A stretch of DNA of 41,734 bases from a virus (taxonomy: Duplodnaviria > Caudoviricetes), in the IMG/VR virus record IMGVR_UViG_3300017777_004807, positions 1 to 41,734 of that record; one strand, given 5' to 3'. Below, in pieces: positions 10,601 to 20,047 of this stretch (position 1 is the first letter of the stretch; every line of letters begins with the position of its first letter). The notes below the pieces were generated by a model. The model did no database searches, had not been told where the DNA came from, and saw only the letters and a list, made by a program, of their open reading frames with translations. The position numbers and the translations under genes were made by a program.

Positions 10601-13600
10601 AAAATTCAAATCTTATAAACATCCTCGGCACAGAAGAGCAACAAACAAGAACAAGAGAAACAAGACCAGTAAATTATTTCTTCTCTTACGAAAAGAGCAT
10701 GTATCAAACAATCTCTGAGGAAATGCTGAAGATGTTCAGTACAATTCTAGATTATAATAACTTAGTTGGTAACCCTGTAAATAAGTATAGAAGAGAATAT
10801 AAAGATTTACGCCATTTAAGAACTCTTTTTTACCAGAACGTGCAAAACGAGCCAGATCTAGATAAGTATTTAGATTTTTACAAGTGGATAGATTCGGCCC
10901 TCGGCAAAATATTATTACAACTTGTACCAGCATCTGCTGATACTTCTGATGGTTTGTTGAATGTTATTGAAAATCACGCACTTTCAAGAAATAAGCATCA
11001 GTATAAATTTCCGACAATGGAGTTCAAAGAACCAATTCTTGAAGCCGGCCTTGAAGGAATCAACAAACATTTATACGATTGGGAGCACGGACATAGACCT
11101 TTATCTAACTTAGAATCTGACAATTGTTTATACTGGAATGGAAGAGCAGAAAGGCACGTTTTACCGTTATCTTCTTCTGTATCTTCCTCAAACGACACAA
11201 GAAATCGTATATTATCGACTACTATACAAGCTTTAAATCGCTCTTTCACTACTCCTTATCGATTCCAAACAAGCGAAGTAGCAGAATTAAGAGGTGGAAT
11301 AAACTTCAACAAAAACAAAAAAATAGATTTTCTTAAAATTGCTACTGCTCCTCACGGACCAATGGATGCTGACGACATATTCAACGTACCAGCTAACATA
11401 TTGTTTGTTGGAGTCGAAAGCACATCATCTTTGCTAAAGCATTGTAATGATAGTAATCGTCCAAATGCAAAAGTCAAGTATCATTTTAATGTTATACACG
11501 GCAGGGACTACAATACATCTTCATTATCTTCCGGAGAAATATTAAAATCTGATATTGCAATACCAGCAAACTTTATTAGTGGTAACGTTACGAGCGGTTA
11601 CAATTCCGAAGTGAATGCTAACTTTATGAGCGGAGTGATAATAACCAATATACACAGCGATGCTTATGGTGATTCTAAAGAAATACCAATGCAAGGACCA
11701 TTCACAAATAGTTGGGTTGGAGGACTTCAATCTCGTCACGTTGGACTTAATACCGGATTAGATGATTATACAACACGGCCCGAAGGTTGGAAATTGGTAT
11801 TGGGACAGATAGGAACGTCATCTTATGAAGCAACATTGGGATACATTGGAGCAGATTACCCATATCCCGAAGGCAACCCTGACGAACCATCTTATCCAGT
11901 TAGAGCCCACAAAAGAGCAACATATTATAGAGACTTTACCTCAAAAAGTGTCTATAACATTAAAAACATTCAATCATCTACTGGCTCCACTTTATTAGGA
12001 AACTATGAACGCAAATATCAATACGTTCATACATTTGGCAAAACAAATAATAATCGTCTATTACGAGATCTAACTTCAAGCCAAACACAAACAGAACTAT
12101 ATGGAATTTTAAGAACTGATGTAACAGATGGAAGAGTTAATTTTACTTTGCCAACTATAACAAGATCAGAAACAATAATTGGAAACAAGTTTTCATCTCC
12201 TGGCGATTACAGAACAATGTCAAGGGGATATCTAAACTTATATGCAGAAGAACTATCTCCATATAATGCACAACCATTTAAAAATCGCAAGATTATAGGA
12301 GACAATCGAAGAATAAACCTTTCTCTTACAAATGATTCTATTCTTTACATTCCAGAAATTGTTTCTGGAGCATTAGGGAAAGATTTGAATTCTTTGACTG
12401 CTATACCATCTGGATTTGGCGGATTACAAAGCGGATCAACTACCATTGCTTCTCATCACAAGATTTCAAGAAATGGTGGATGGGAAATAGAATACTCTGG
12501 CACCACAACAACGATAAAACAACAATTTGATAATGGATTTTATAGTTATGCTATTCCAAAAACAGATTCGCAATATGCTTGGATCAATAACTCATTAAGT
12601 TCAACAGATAAGTCTTTACCAGAGTTTCAAGGATATTTAACAGAAACAATTGCTTCTGGTAGTTCTTCTTATGAACCAATTCTTAATGTTGTAACCCAAA
12701 GTTTGATTGGAACAAGCGGTTCAATCTATCGCTATGGTTCAGAACAAGTAGATTCCCATTTTATACCAGTGGATTTTGTCGGCTTGAATGCTATAATTCT
12801 TGATATTGTAAATGCCAACACTAATACTCTTGGAACTTTTCAAGAATCAGATTATGAAGGTGGCTTAGCTTCCATCAATACTGCTTCTTTACCAAAAATA
12901 TTAAATGGTATTTTGCTAAATAGAAATGGTCCCTACGGATACCCTTCTTTCCGGCAGATCAGATCAAAAAACAAAATAATCAATTATCTTGACAAAACTA
13001 ATACTTTATCTACGATCAACAACGTAGGCGAACTTGTTAGCGTACAAGAGCCTTTGATCTATAACAATGTTCCAATCACTGCAATTATTCAAAATAACGA
13101 AACAAATTCAAGACTTGAAATTGTATTCTCTTATGAAAATATAACACAACAAATAGTGAATCCAAATCTTAAAAACATTGTAGTAACGAAAAACAATCAA
13201 AATGTAATTTATAATAATTTAATAACTTATTTGATCAATAACGAAACCTATAGTTTAGTTTCTCTTTCTTACGAAACCCAAGTCTATCCAAAAAGACAAT
13301 TTAGAACTTTAGATTCTTTTAGAAAAAGAGATTCTTATAGCTTTGGAAAATGGAGAAACAATAGATCAGATAGACAACAAATAAGTTCATCTACTTTTTC
13401 TCCATTAGATCCGGTTACTAACAACATCATACCAACCCAAAGCGTTTGGCCACTAGATTCTAGAATTGATATGAATATTCCATACCTTAGTTCTTCCGTA
13501 GGGGGTGAAGGAGTATTACAGAACTTTTATTCCACTATTCACAATGGAGTAACAAGTAGCATAACAGCAAGTGCTCTATATGCTTACAAACATATGCTTG

Positions 13601-16320
13601 CATCAAATACGAGTTGGACAGCACCATCTGTTGCAACAAGACTATCATCCAGTGCTACTTTCCTAAATACAACAAATGGATTATTCGACGGTACAGCAAA
13701 ATGGCAAGCTGGCGATATAGCAGGAAAAAATCCTTATTTTGATTCATTTGCAGACTGGTATGAAATAATAAGAACAAAGTACAAAGATTATCAAATAATA
13801 CCAGAATATATCATCTCACAAGATAGTAATCTTGTTTCAATTAAAAACAATAATATTGACAGCGCAGTGCTTAATTCTTTCGAAATAACTGGATCTTCTG
13901 CAACAGATAACGTTATAACAATAGCTTATCTTGAATCAAATACTTTAGATAACGTTGATACATTTAAGGCAGACCTAAATTCGATTACCAAAAAGATAAA
14001 CTTGACACTTAATTGTGATGCTTTGATTAAGCTAAATCCAAAACCTTCTTTCTATCCTGTAAATAGGACCGTTGATTTGGCAAGATATTTTATAGATTCA
14101 GTAAGTGGGAACTTGTCATTTTGGACTTCAAGTGCTGCATCAGAGAACCAATATTCTCAAACTAATGTAGCACTAAAGAATATTCTAACCCCAACTTTTG
14201 CTCCAGGCTTGTTGTACAATACAATAAAATCTGGCATTGCAGTAGATTTCCCTATCTTAACTGCTAGTCTATCCACAACTTCTAGCTATTCGACCCCCGG
14301 AGCGCAAGCAAGTGGTAACATTGATTATATGATAAGTAATCCATCTTTTCATGCTCGCATACCATTTGAAGCAATCTATGAACCAGAAGTTTATTTGAAA
14401 AATATCGATTTAATCGATATTAACCCACATCCATCGGCAACTTTAAACGTAACTTCTTCTTGGAACGGAAATTTTGATAGTATATTCTATAAATTAGCTA
14501 TGCACAATTTTCTTTCTGAAGTGGTTGATTTTTATTCTCCAGAAGGAAAATTAACATCTATTATCTCCAAACCAGAAACACAATTTAAGTCAGTAACTCC
14601 AGGCAAAGAGTATAGAGCTTTGGTCAAGTTGTATAAAGACAGAACACCTAGTTTGAATATAAAATTAAGCAATATCTCTAGCTTAGGTGCAACAACAAAT
14701 TATACAAGACCACAATTTGCACCGAATGAGCGTGAATCTTCTACAATGTATAATAGAGCAAGTGCATTCGGCCCACCAACAGCAGGAGGATTGCTATCTG
14801 GCTCTTCTTATACTACTGATGTAATCGATTCAAGTAATGGCTATTACTCGCCATTTACTCCTCCATATTATGATGGAGAATCTTGGGCACTTCTTACTTA
14901 CAGACCATCTGGTACGGTCGCTTATATTCCAACCGTAGATGACATTATCAACAATGTTACGGCTTCGTATCTTCGTTACGAATTCAATAGCGGAACACTT
15001 GCTGACTCCGGAGGACCACTTAGCTATGGGAATCTAAATCGTAACTCAATGCAAGCTAGTGCATCTTTGAACTTGTTTAATGCTGTAGTGCTTGATCAAA
15101 TAAACTTAAATAATGTCTCTGACAATTCAACTATCATAAAAGATTCTAAAGTTTGGGCAATCCAAACTAAATTTGAAACTCCAATTCTTGATTTCAATAC
15201 GGGAATAAACAAAGACACAACAGATTCTGGAAATCAAGTTAATAAAACATTCGGGATGTGGCATCAGTACGGTTCCTTGCCAACAAAAAATGAAGGCGTG
15301 TTCTTACAAATAACTGATATTCCAAATGATTTTATACTATATGGTGGGGAATCTGATGAAAGAAGAGTGCTGCCAGTTTCAAGAAGTTTAAGTCTTACTT
15401 CCTCACTATCTGATATAGTAGGCTTTTCAAAAGAACCAATCAAACTTGGCCAAGTAGCAAGTTCCAAAACTATAAAAGAAGCAATCGTAGCAATCCCATA
15501 TTTTGTTTCTGGAAATGAGAAGCTTTATTTTTACTACAACGAAACTTCAAAAGAATATGTAGAATTCTTAAAATCACCACAAGCCGAGATATCTCCTTTT
15601 GCAAAAGAATTAGAAGTGCCAAAGAGCGTTAAAGACCAAGTATCCTTAATGGGTCAATACATACTCCCGCCAGCACTTGATTTTATGAAGAACGATTTGG
15701 ATAATCCAAAGGCTATGTATATTTTTGAATTCTCTTACACGTTATCGCAAGATGATTTGGTTGATATCTGGCAAGGTTTGATGCCAAATATTTCAATTGA
15801 TTTTGCGGAACAAACACAACAAATAACACACGAATTGAATTCTACTGAAATGCTAAGTCAATCTGACTTAACAGAAAAAATACAATGGCTTGTATTCAAA
15901 GTAAAGCATAAAGCAAAAAATAATTACAACAATAAATTACTTCAAACTTTGAAGAGCACTTTTGGCTTCGATAAAGTAAAATCTATTCAATCGATTGGAA
16001 GACAAAAAACAGCAGAGATTTCATCTACTGAAGAATTGGATTATTCTTTTAACTGGCCTTATGACTTTGTTTCATTGGTAGAATCTGCGAAGATAAACGC
16101 AAAGATAGATTTCAGTTCAATAGGATCGGAAGATCAGACAACAACAAATGGTGCTGGGATTGAGATTCCTGCAATAAGTCCAATAACATCCGACAATATA
16201 TCCCTCAAAACTTCGGCAGCATACAATGTAGCAACAAGTACCAAAACCCCGAAAGTAGATTTTGGAACAATACCAGTAGAACCATCTTATACGAAGTCCC
16301 CACCGAATAAAAAGTCGTAG
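7666..16320 (+). CDS. Giant baseplate/tail protein (2884 aa) with two LamG/ConA-like domains and a gp7/P2 gpI-like wedge segment
   Basis: LamG motifs SVEFWLK...WNHYAVT...FYVNG...GSVDDFRFWKTART and WNFAVR...FLDFKVWSSYL..AEI. Wedge-like NIYSNLQAIYKTKGTEKSVRNLLRCFG. Overlaps the previous gene by 11 nt. Confidence 0.7.
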   Translation: MSLRDLFSVKKVLPPISNEQITEDIESVGLLNSQTIQKNRIEFAVDYSTASNFAVYGSAQKYYTDSFARIYEQYPYDGSRKEKIDWENSSSLIDNWIYNNVYPRTTGYAVFSPNGWSALLGSQINGYGEPTTKEYISIKGGPNTNSQTSLVDKFRDSTNQSPKSNVFDITTNRSSNLQLDLSEGLSVEFWLKKAAFNNSNTKKEVIFDLWNNAASSSSGYGRLTLELSGTTGSPFYLTILSGTTGFSSYNIGSNLTTASVANDTWNHYAVTTQNSGSSIGVNFYVNGELNFSSFNGTNINAVSGSFLSNIGSLRTASSGSVGTAIGWGKLSGSVDDFRFWKTARTSKDIGRYWWSNVHGGANSDDANVDLGFYYKFNEGITTTSSVDSIVLDYSGRISNGTWVGYSATSRNTGSAINTYLPVALSSEEPDPIIYSTHSDVVEQLEIYSIIGSDHDATNPNSIFYSFPDWIVNEDNGTLLNITQIMGSYLDVLYLQIKNFTSIKEPYSNVQIDEKPFPFAKNLLDSLGLVTPNLFVDAKFMEEVLSRDEDRTYEDKLNEIKGVIYENIYSNLQAIYKTKGTEKSVRNLLRCFGIDEKLVRLNIYSNNDFSKVSDNLSNTTIKKRSINLNDTDRFQATIYQFSTSSYAESNSYISGSSDYDYVPYTFEVDTIFPKKIKKTENNFFPTIFLTSSIFGAHSAKPTATDLSWETSDYFNFQVFAARPEYESTDATFFLSSSNSAIPTLSSSFYLNVYDNEKWNFAVRLKPTAIENTNIVSGTASGSYTLEFYGASTVGNSVVREFSSSAIISYANGINLTRANKRFYLGAERTNFTGSLIKESDVKFLDFKVWSSYLDNAEIQSHARDTDNFGTTEALKSYYLTNSKLNTSLIPKLETLLVHWNFNQVTGSDNGSGIPNSSDGKFIVFSQTSGSLSYNRYNAAFNTLKKYHYIGRGDYFLQNDNSIIDTQYVFSSRLNEFEHIQNSNLINILGTEEQQTRTRETRPVNYFFSYEKSMYQTISEEMLKMFSTILDYNNLVGNPVNKYRREYKDLRHLRTLFYQNVQNEPDLDKYLDFYKWIDSALGKILLQLVPASADTSDGLLNVIENHALSRNKHQYKFPTMEFKEPILEAGLEGINKHLYDWEHGHRPLSNLESDNCLYWNGRAERHVLPLSSSVSSSNDTRNRILSTTIQALNRSFTTPYRFQTSEVAELRGGINFNKNKKIDFLKIATAPHGPMDADDIFNVPANILFVGVESTSSLLKHCNDSNRPNAKVKYHFNVIHGRDYNTSSLSSGEILKSDIAIPANFISGNVTSGYNSEVNANFMSGVIITNIHSDAYGDSKEIPMQGPFTNSWVGGLQSRHVGLNTGLDDYTTRPEGWKLVLGQIGTSSYEATLGYIGADYPYPEGNPDEPSYPVRAHKRATYYRDFTSKSVYNIKNIQSSTGSTLLGNYERKYQYVHTFGKTNNNRLLRDLTSSQTQTELYGILRTDVTDGRVNFTLPTITRSETIIGNKFSSPGDYRTMSRGYLNLYAEELSPYNAQPFKNRKIIGDNRRINLSLTNDSILYIPEIVSGALGKDLNSLTAIPSGFGGLQSGSTTIASHHKISRNGGWEIEYSGTTTTIKQQFDNGFYSYAIPKTDSQYAWINNSLSSTDKSLPEFQGYLTETIASGSSSYEPILNVVTQSLIGTSGSIYRYGSEQVDSHFIPVDFVGLNAIILDIVNANTNTLGTFQESDYEGGLASINTASLPKILNGILLNRNGPYGYPSFRQIRSKNKIINYLDKTNTLSTINNVGELVSVQEPLIYNNVPITAIIQNNETNSRLEIVFSYENITQQIVNPNLKNIVVTKNNQNVIYNNLITYLINNETYSLVSLSYETQVYPKRQFRTLDSFRKRDSYSFGKWRNNRSDRQQISSSTFSPLDPVTNNIIPTQSVWPLDSRIDMNIPYLSSSVGGEGVLQNFYSTIHNGVTSSITASALYAYKHMLASNTSWTAPSVATRLSSSATFLNTTNGLFDGTAKWQAGDIAGKNPYFDSFADWYEIIRTKYKDYQIIPEYIISQDSNLVSIKNNNIDSAVLNSFEITGSSATDNVITIAYLESNTLDNVDTFKADLNSITKKINLTLNCDALIKLNPKPSFYPVNRTVDLARYFIDSVSGNLSFWTSSAASENQYSQTNVALKNILTPTFAPGLLYNTIKSGIAVDFPILTASLSTTSSYSTPGAQASGNIDYMISNPSFHARIPFEAIYEPEVYLKNIDLIDINPHPSATLNVTSSWNGNFDSIFYKLAMHNFLSEVVDFYSPEGKLTSIISKPETQFKSVTPGKEYRALVKLYKDRTPSLNIKLSNISSLGATTNYTRPQFAPNERESSTMYNRASAFGPPTAGGLLSGSSYTTDVIDSSNGYYSPFTPPYYDGESWALLTYRPSGTVAYIPTVDDIINNVTASYLRYEFNSGTLADSGGPLSYGNLNRNSMQASASLNLFNAVVLDQINLNNVSDNSTIIKDSKVWAIQTKFETPILDFNTGINKDTTDSGNQVNKTFGMWHQYGSLPTKNEGVFLQITDIPNDFILYGGESDERRVLPVSRSLSLTSSLSDIVGFSKEPIKLGQVASSKTIKEAIVAIPYFVSGNEKLYFYYNETSKEYVEFLKSPQAEISPFAKELEVPKSVKDQVSLMGQYILPPALDFMKNDLDNPKAMYIFEFSYTLSQDDLVDIWQGLMPNISIDFAEQTQQITHELNSTEMLSQSDLTEKIQWLVFKVKHKAKNNYNNKLLQTLKSTFGFDKVKSIQSIGRQKTAEISSTEELDYSFNWPYDFVSLVESAKINAKIDFSSIGSEDQTTTNGAGIEIPAISPITSDNISLKTSAAYNVATSTKTPKVDFGTIPVEPSYTKSPPNKKS

Positions 16321-16345
16321 TAAGCCTAAAAAATAACACAACGAG

Positions 16346-16352
16346 ATACTTA
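16346..16352 (+). promoter_or_regulatory. Putative late-promoter motif ATACTTA
   Basis: Intergenic, 7 nt upstream of ATG 16360. Confidence 0.35.
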
Positions 16353-16359
16353 TTAGAGA

Positions 16360-17355
16360 ATGTCGTTTTTTAACTCCAAAGAAGAAGTGCTTGATGTTGA
16401 GCTAACTCAATATGGAAGACTTTTATTGTCAAGAGGGCTTTTCAAGCCAATCTACTATTCGTTTCACGACGATGGTGTAGTTTATGATTTAAGCTATGCA
16501 GGTATGACAGAAAACACAAATCAAGCTGAAAAAAGAATTCAAGAGGAAACCCCAACTGGAAAACCATTTTATTCATTTTCAGAGGGAAAGCCACATTTAA
16601 GTTTTGACTTAGACCAAGAAAAGTTTTTATCACAAAAAAGCAATCTTGCTCTCTCAAAAACAGAGTTTCAAGCAGACACTTTATCACATTCAACTATTTC
16701 AAACTTATATATTCCTTCTTGGAAAATTCACAATTTGTCTAGTGAATTCACATCTAGCTCTACCACTTTCAATGGTATAGGAGTCAATAATGCTCCAATC
16801 CCTCAATTCGATGTAGAGATTTACACAACATTCTTAAAGACGAACCAATCCACGATAAGTGACAATCTAAGGTTACAGGCTATGTTATCAACAGAAGAAG
16901 TAGCTTCTCCTGATGATGAAAATGTTTATATAACCTCTATTCCACCATTGCTTTTAAGAGTCTTGGAAGAAAATACAGATGTTGAGTACGATGCCTTTGA
17001 CGTTCAAATGTTTAAAACAACAATTGATACTGATGGCAACAATGTATATACACAATTGAAATTTTCTAAAGAATTAGATAATTATGATGAAGAAGCTGAT
17101 TTATATAAGCAGGTTTCTAACTTAGTCTCTCAACGAACCGACTCATCCTTTGCAGATTTCTTTTTTGAATCTTTAACAGATAAGGAAATTAGTCAAATAA
17201 ATGTTTGTAAATATGTTTTGCAATCTTCCGAAGACCAAGACTTAATCTTTCCGGATTCATCAATATGTGCAGAAATTAGAACGAAATTTTCTACTGATGG
17301 ATTATATGAATTATCTGTAGAACTAAATGATCTTGCAACAGGGAACACCTGCTAA
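16360..17355 (+). CDS. Baseplate/tail structural protein with tail-collar-like N-terminus (331 aa)
   Basis: N-terminal VLDVELTQYGRLLLSRG...YYSFHDDGVVYD resembles the N-terminus of 22564..23493. Confidence 0.55.
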   Translation: MSFFNSKEEVLDVELTQYGRLLLSRGLFKPIYYSFHDDGVVYDLSYAGMTENTNQAEKRIQEETPTGKPFYSFSEGKPHLSFDLDQEKFLSQKSNLALSKTEFQADTLSHSTISNLYIPSWKIHNLSSEFTSSSTTFNGIGVNNAPIPQFDVEIYTTFLKTNQSTISDNLRLQAMLSTEEVASPDDENVYITSIPPLLLRVLEENTDVEYDAFDVQMFKTTIDTDGNNVYTQLKFSKELDNYDEEADLYKQVSNLVSQRTDSSFADFFFESLTDKEISQINVCKYVLQSSEDQDLIFPDSSICAEIRTKFSTDGLYELSVELNDLATGNTC

Positions 17356-20033
17356 TGCAAAAGTTTTATTATAAAACCGGGAACGATACATTCGCTCCAA
17401 TGATTAAAGTGACAAATATATTACTTGACGATACATTGCCTGTAACTGATATCCAGCAAAATACCATCTCCGGTAGCAACGGAATTCTAGTAAATGTAAA
17501 TGTATCATCGAAGCAAACCAAAATGGATAGTTTGATTTCTGATATTGATTACCTGAAATACACAAAGATAAATTTGATTGTATTTCAAGATAAAGATGAT
17601 ATAGAATTCTTTCGCAGTTCTATCGTGTCTAAGACATTTTTGACCAAAGCTTTAGATGAAATAATTTCTGACATACCGAGTTCAGTAGCCATTCAATTTA
17701 AAACAATAAATCTTACTGATATTGTAGATCTTTCGCAGTTGTCACAACGAGACTATAGCTATAAAGTTAATTTTTCAACAGCATTCACCGGATTGGACAA
17801 GACAAAAGATATTATTTTATGTGTAGTCCCAATAATTGATTTCCGTACATACCTCTCAGAAAACAAGATCGAAGATGCAGATGCTACAACAGATATCTCA
17901 ACAGACACCGTAGCAACAAGCATATTGAGACAAATTTATAGCGTAGAATATTATACATATAATATTTTGATAAACAAAAAGACTATAAACGATAATATTG
18001 GTAACGCAGTTTTAAACGATGTGAGAGAAACTAAGAAATTAAATACAAACATTTTGCAGTTGCTAGCTGGTACAAAATTATCATCTGGAATAGAAAAAGA
18101 TCGAGTTTCTTATATCTCAGATATTTTTACTTCATTCGATTATGGTCAGAAAACCATTAATAACTTTTTCTTTTTTGATAAAACTCAATTTGTACTCAAT
18201 AGTGCATTTTCTAAGAACATTCCTAATTCCTATGATTATCCATGTAATTTATATTTTGAAATCTTTAAAGATGACAATTTACTTTCCTCATTTATTTTAC
18301 AACAGGACGGAACAATTACTCAACTTTCAACGGCAACGATAATAGAGTTGATCCCAATAACAACTACTTCAATTATCGGGAAAAAGTGTATAATGTTTAA
18401 TGATACATTTCCAAAAGTAGAAAAACAAAATTTTAAGTATTCTGTTAAAGTTTCCAATAACGTTGATCTTGCTTTGCTTCGATATTACAACAAAGCACTC
18501 CTGAATCCAACTGGAATGTTTTTTGATGTACTAATCGGACTAAACATATTTCAAAACTTCATAAATGATCCAAGAAATACAAATAGTACAACTGGAATGT
18601 TTGAGAAAAGATTATTCAGCAGACCTCCAAATGTGAAATCGTTGATAAATGATTTTATAGAATTGATTAATTTGTTTTCAAATAAGCAGATCGTTGATGC
18701 AGACACAAAGAAGATTATTAATTCTTTAGATTTTAAAAAAACAACTTTTGCAGTTTGTAATGATTTTATATTCTATGCCAACAATACAATGAATCAAATC
18801 GGACAATTTTTTGATTCCATCGGTCCTGCTCAAAGTTCCTATACAAAAACTAGCAACTTGATAATGTTCCAAAATAAAATGTCATATCACACGCTTGACA
18901 AAGCTACGACAATCAAACCTTATCCTACGATAGAAAAAGAAAAATTAGATGACTTTCCAAAATCAAAAGATAATTTTAGTTTTAGATATTTTGTTGATGT
19001 AAATAAAGAATATGACGTAGATTCATTAAAAATAGATGAGAAAAGTGAAGTATCATATAAGATAATAAATTCTGTTATTGCTTCTACCCAAGTAACTTAT
19101 TCATCCGTATATAGTCTTTTGGATTCAATATATGATGAGCTTGGAGTGGTTATCAATACTATTGAAAAAACAGAAAAAGATCTAAAAACAAAAACAAATC
19201 AAGCTTATACTAAATCATCAGCAGTTATTACAAGATTTCAAAAACCAGTAAGCTCTGTTACTGACGCAAAAAAAGAAATCAGTTTATCTTCCTTGCAAGT
19301 CGATTCTACTAAGATAGTTGAGATCACAACCAAAGCAAATACTTCAATCTCGAAAAATTCAGAATCAACATTTAAATTTGAACTTTATTATTTGAATAAA
19401 ATTAATAAAGAGTTTTTGATACCACAAGCAAGAATAGAAATCTACAACAATGTGACAAACAAATTTAATGACGTAAAAACTTTAGCAGAAGCAACTGGAA
19501 CTTATTTTGCCAGAACAACTTGTATTGAAGATAAGAGCAACGTTTATTTCACAAACAAATCTTTACCAACTATATCAAATACTTATTTTGTTCTTAGATT
19601 TAAGCCCGCTGGATTTGACACGCCAATTTATACAAAGAAATCAAGTCCAGAATCCACAACCAATACAATTATAACCCCCTCTGTACAATCGCAACCCACA
19701 AATCCATTGGCCGCAACAACAGAACGTTACACTTTGCAGACTACCTTGGCAGAAGAAACATCCTCCGCAATGTCTGCTGCTGAGTTCGTAATGCAGAATC
19801 CAGCAACACAAACTGATACAGCTATAACTGGCAATACACAATCACAACCTACAAATCCATTTGCTACAACTGCAACAACAAAAACAGCCCCTACTGCTTC
19901 AAAGATACTTCCTACTACGACAGCTTCACGGCCAGCAACAATTCCAGAAATACAAAGTTCGTTGTCTTCGGCAACAGCAGCAGTTCAATTGGGTAACAGA
20001 AGTATCGAAGAAGATCTTAGTGAAGAACTTTAA
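17355..20033 (+). CDS. Hypothetical protein with low-complexity Thr/Ser/Ala/Pro-rich C-terminus (892 aa)
   Basis: TAATG-coupled to the previous gene. The last ~130 aa are T/S/A/P/Q-rich and contain a repeated QSQPTNP motif. Confidence 0.6.
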   Translation: MQKFYYKTGNDTFAPMIKVTNILLDDTLPVTDIQQNTISGSNGILVNVNVSSKQTKMDSLISDIDYLKYTKINLIVFQDKDDIEFFRSSIVSKTFLTKALDEIISDIPSSVAIQFKTINLTDIVDLSQLSQRDYSYKVNFSTAFTGLDKTKDIILCVVPIIDFRTYLSENKIEDADATTDISTDTVATSILRQIYSVEYYTYNILINKKTINDNIGNAVLNDVRETKKLNTNILQLLAGTKLSSGIEKDRVSYISDIFTSFDYGQKTINNFFFFDKTQFVLNSAFSKNIPNSYDYPCNLYFEIFKDDNLLSSFILQQDGTITQLSTATIIELIPITTTSIIGKKCIMFNDTFPKVEKQNFKYSVKVSNNVDLALLRYYNKALLNPTGMFFDVLIGLNIFQNFINDPRNTNSTTGMFEKRLFSRPPNVKSLINDFIELINLFSNKQIVDADTKKIINSLDFKKTTFAVCNDFIFYANNTMNQIGQFFDSIGPAQSSYTKTSNLIMFQNKMSYHTLDKATTIKPYPTIEKEKLDDFPKSKDNFSFRYFVDVNKEYDVDSLKIDEKSEVSYKIINSVIASTQVTYSSVYSLLDSIYDELGVVINTIEKTEKDLKTKTNQAYTKSSAVITRFQKPVSSVTDAKKEISLSSLQVDSTKIVEITTKANTSISKNSESTFKFELYYLNKINKEFLIPQARIEIYNNVTNKFNDVKTLAEATGTYFARTTCIEDKSNVYFTNKSLPTISNTYFVLRFKPAGFDTPIYTKKSSPESTTNTIITPSVQSQPTNPLAATTERYTLQTTLAEETSSAMSAAEFVMQNPATQTDTAITGNTQSQPTNPFATTATTKTAPTASKILPTTTASRPATIPEIQSSLSSATAAVQLGNRSIEEDLSEEL
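19686..19871 (+). repeat. Imperfect intragenic direct repeat encoding QSQPTNP(L/F)A(A/T)T, two copies
   Basis: caatcgcaacccacaaatccattggccgcaac at 19686 and caatcacaacctacaaatccatttgctacaac at 19839, 153 nt (51 codons) apart. Confidence 0.7.
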
Positions 20034-20047
20034 AGGCACATCCAATT

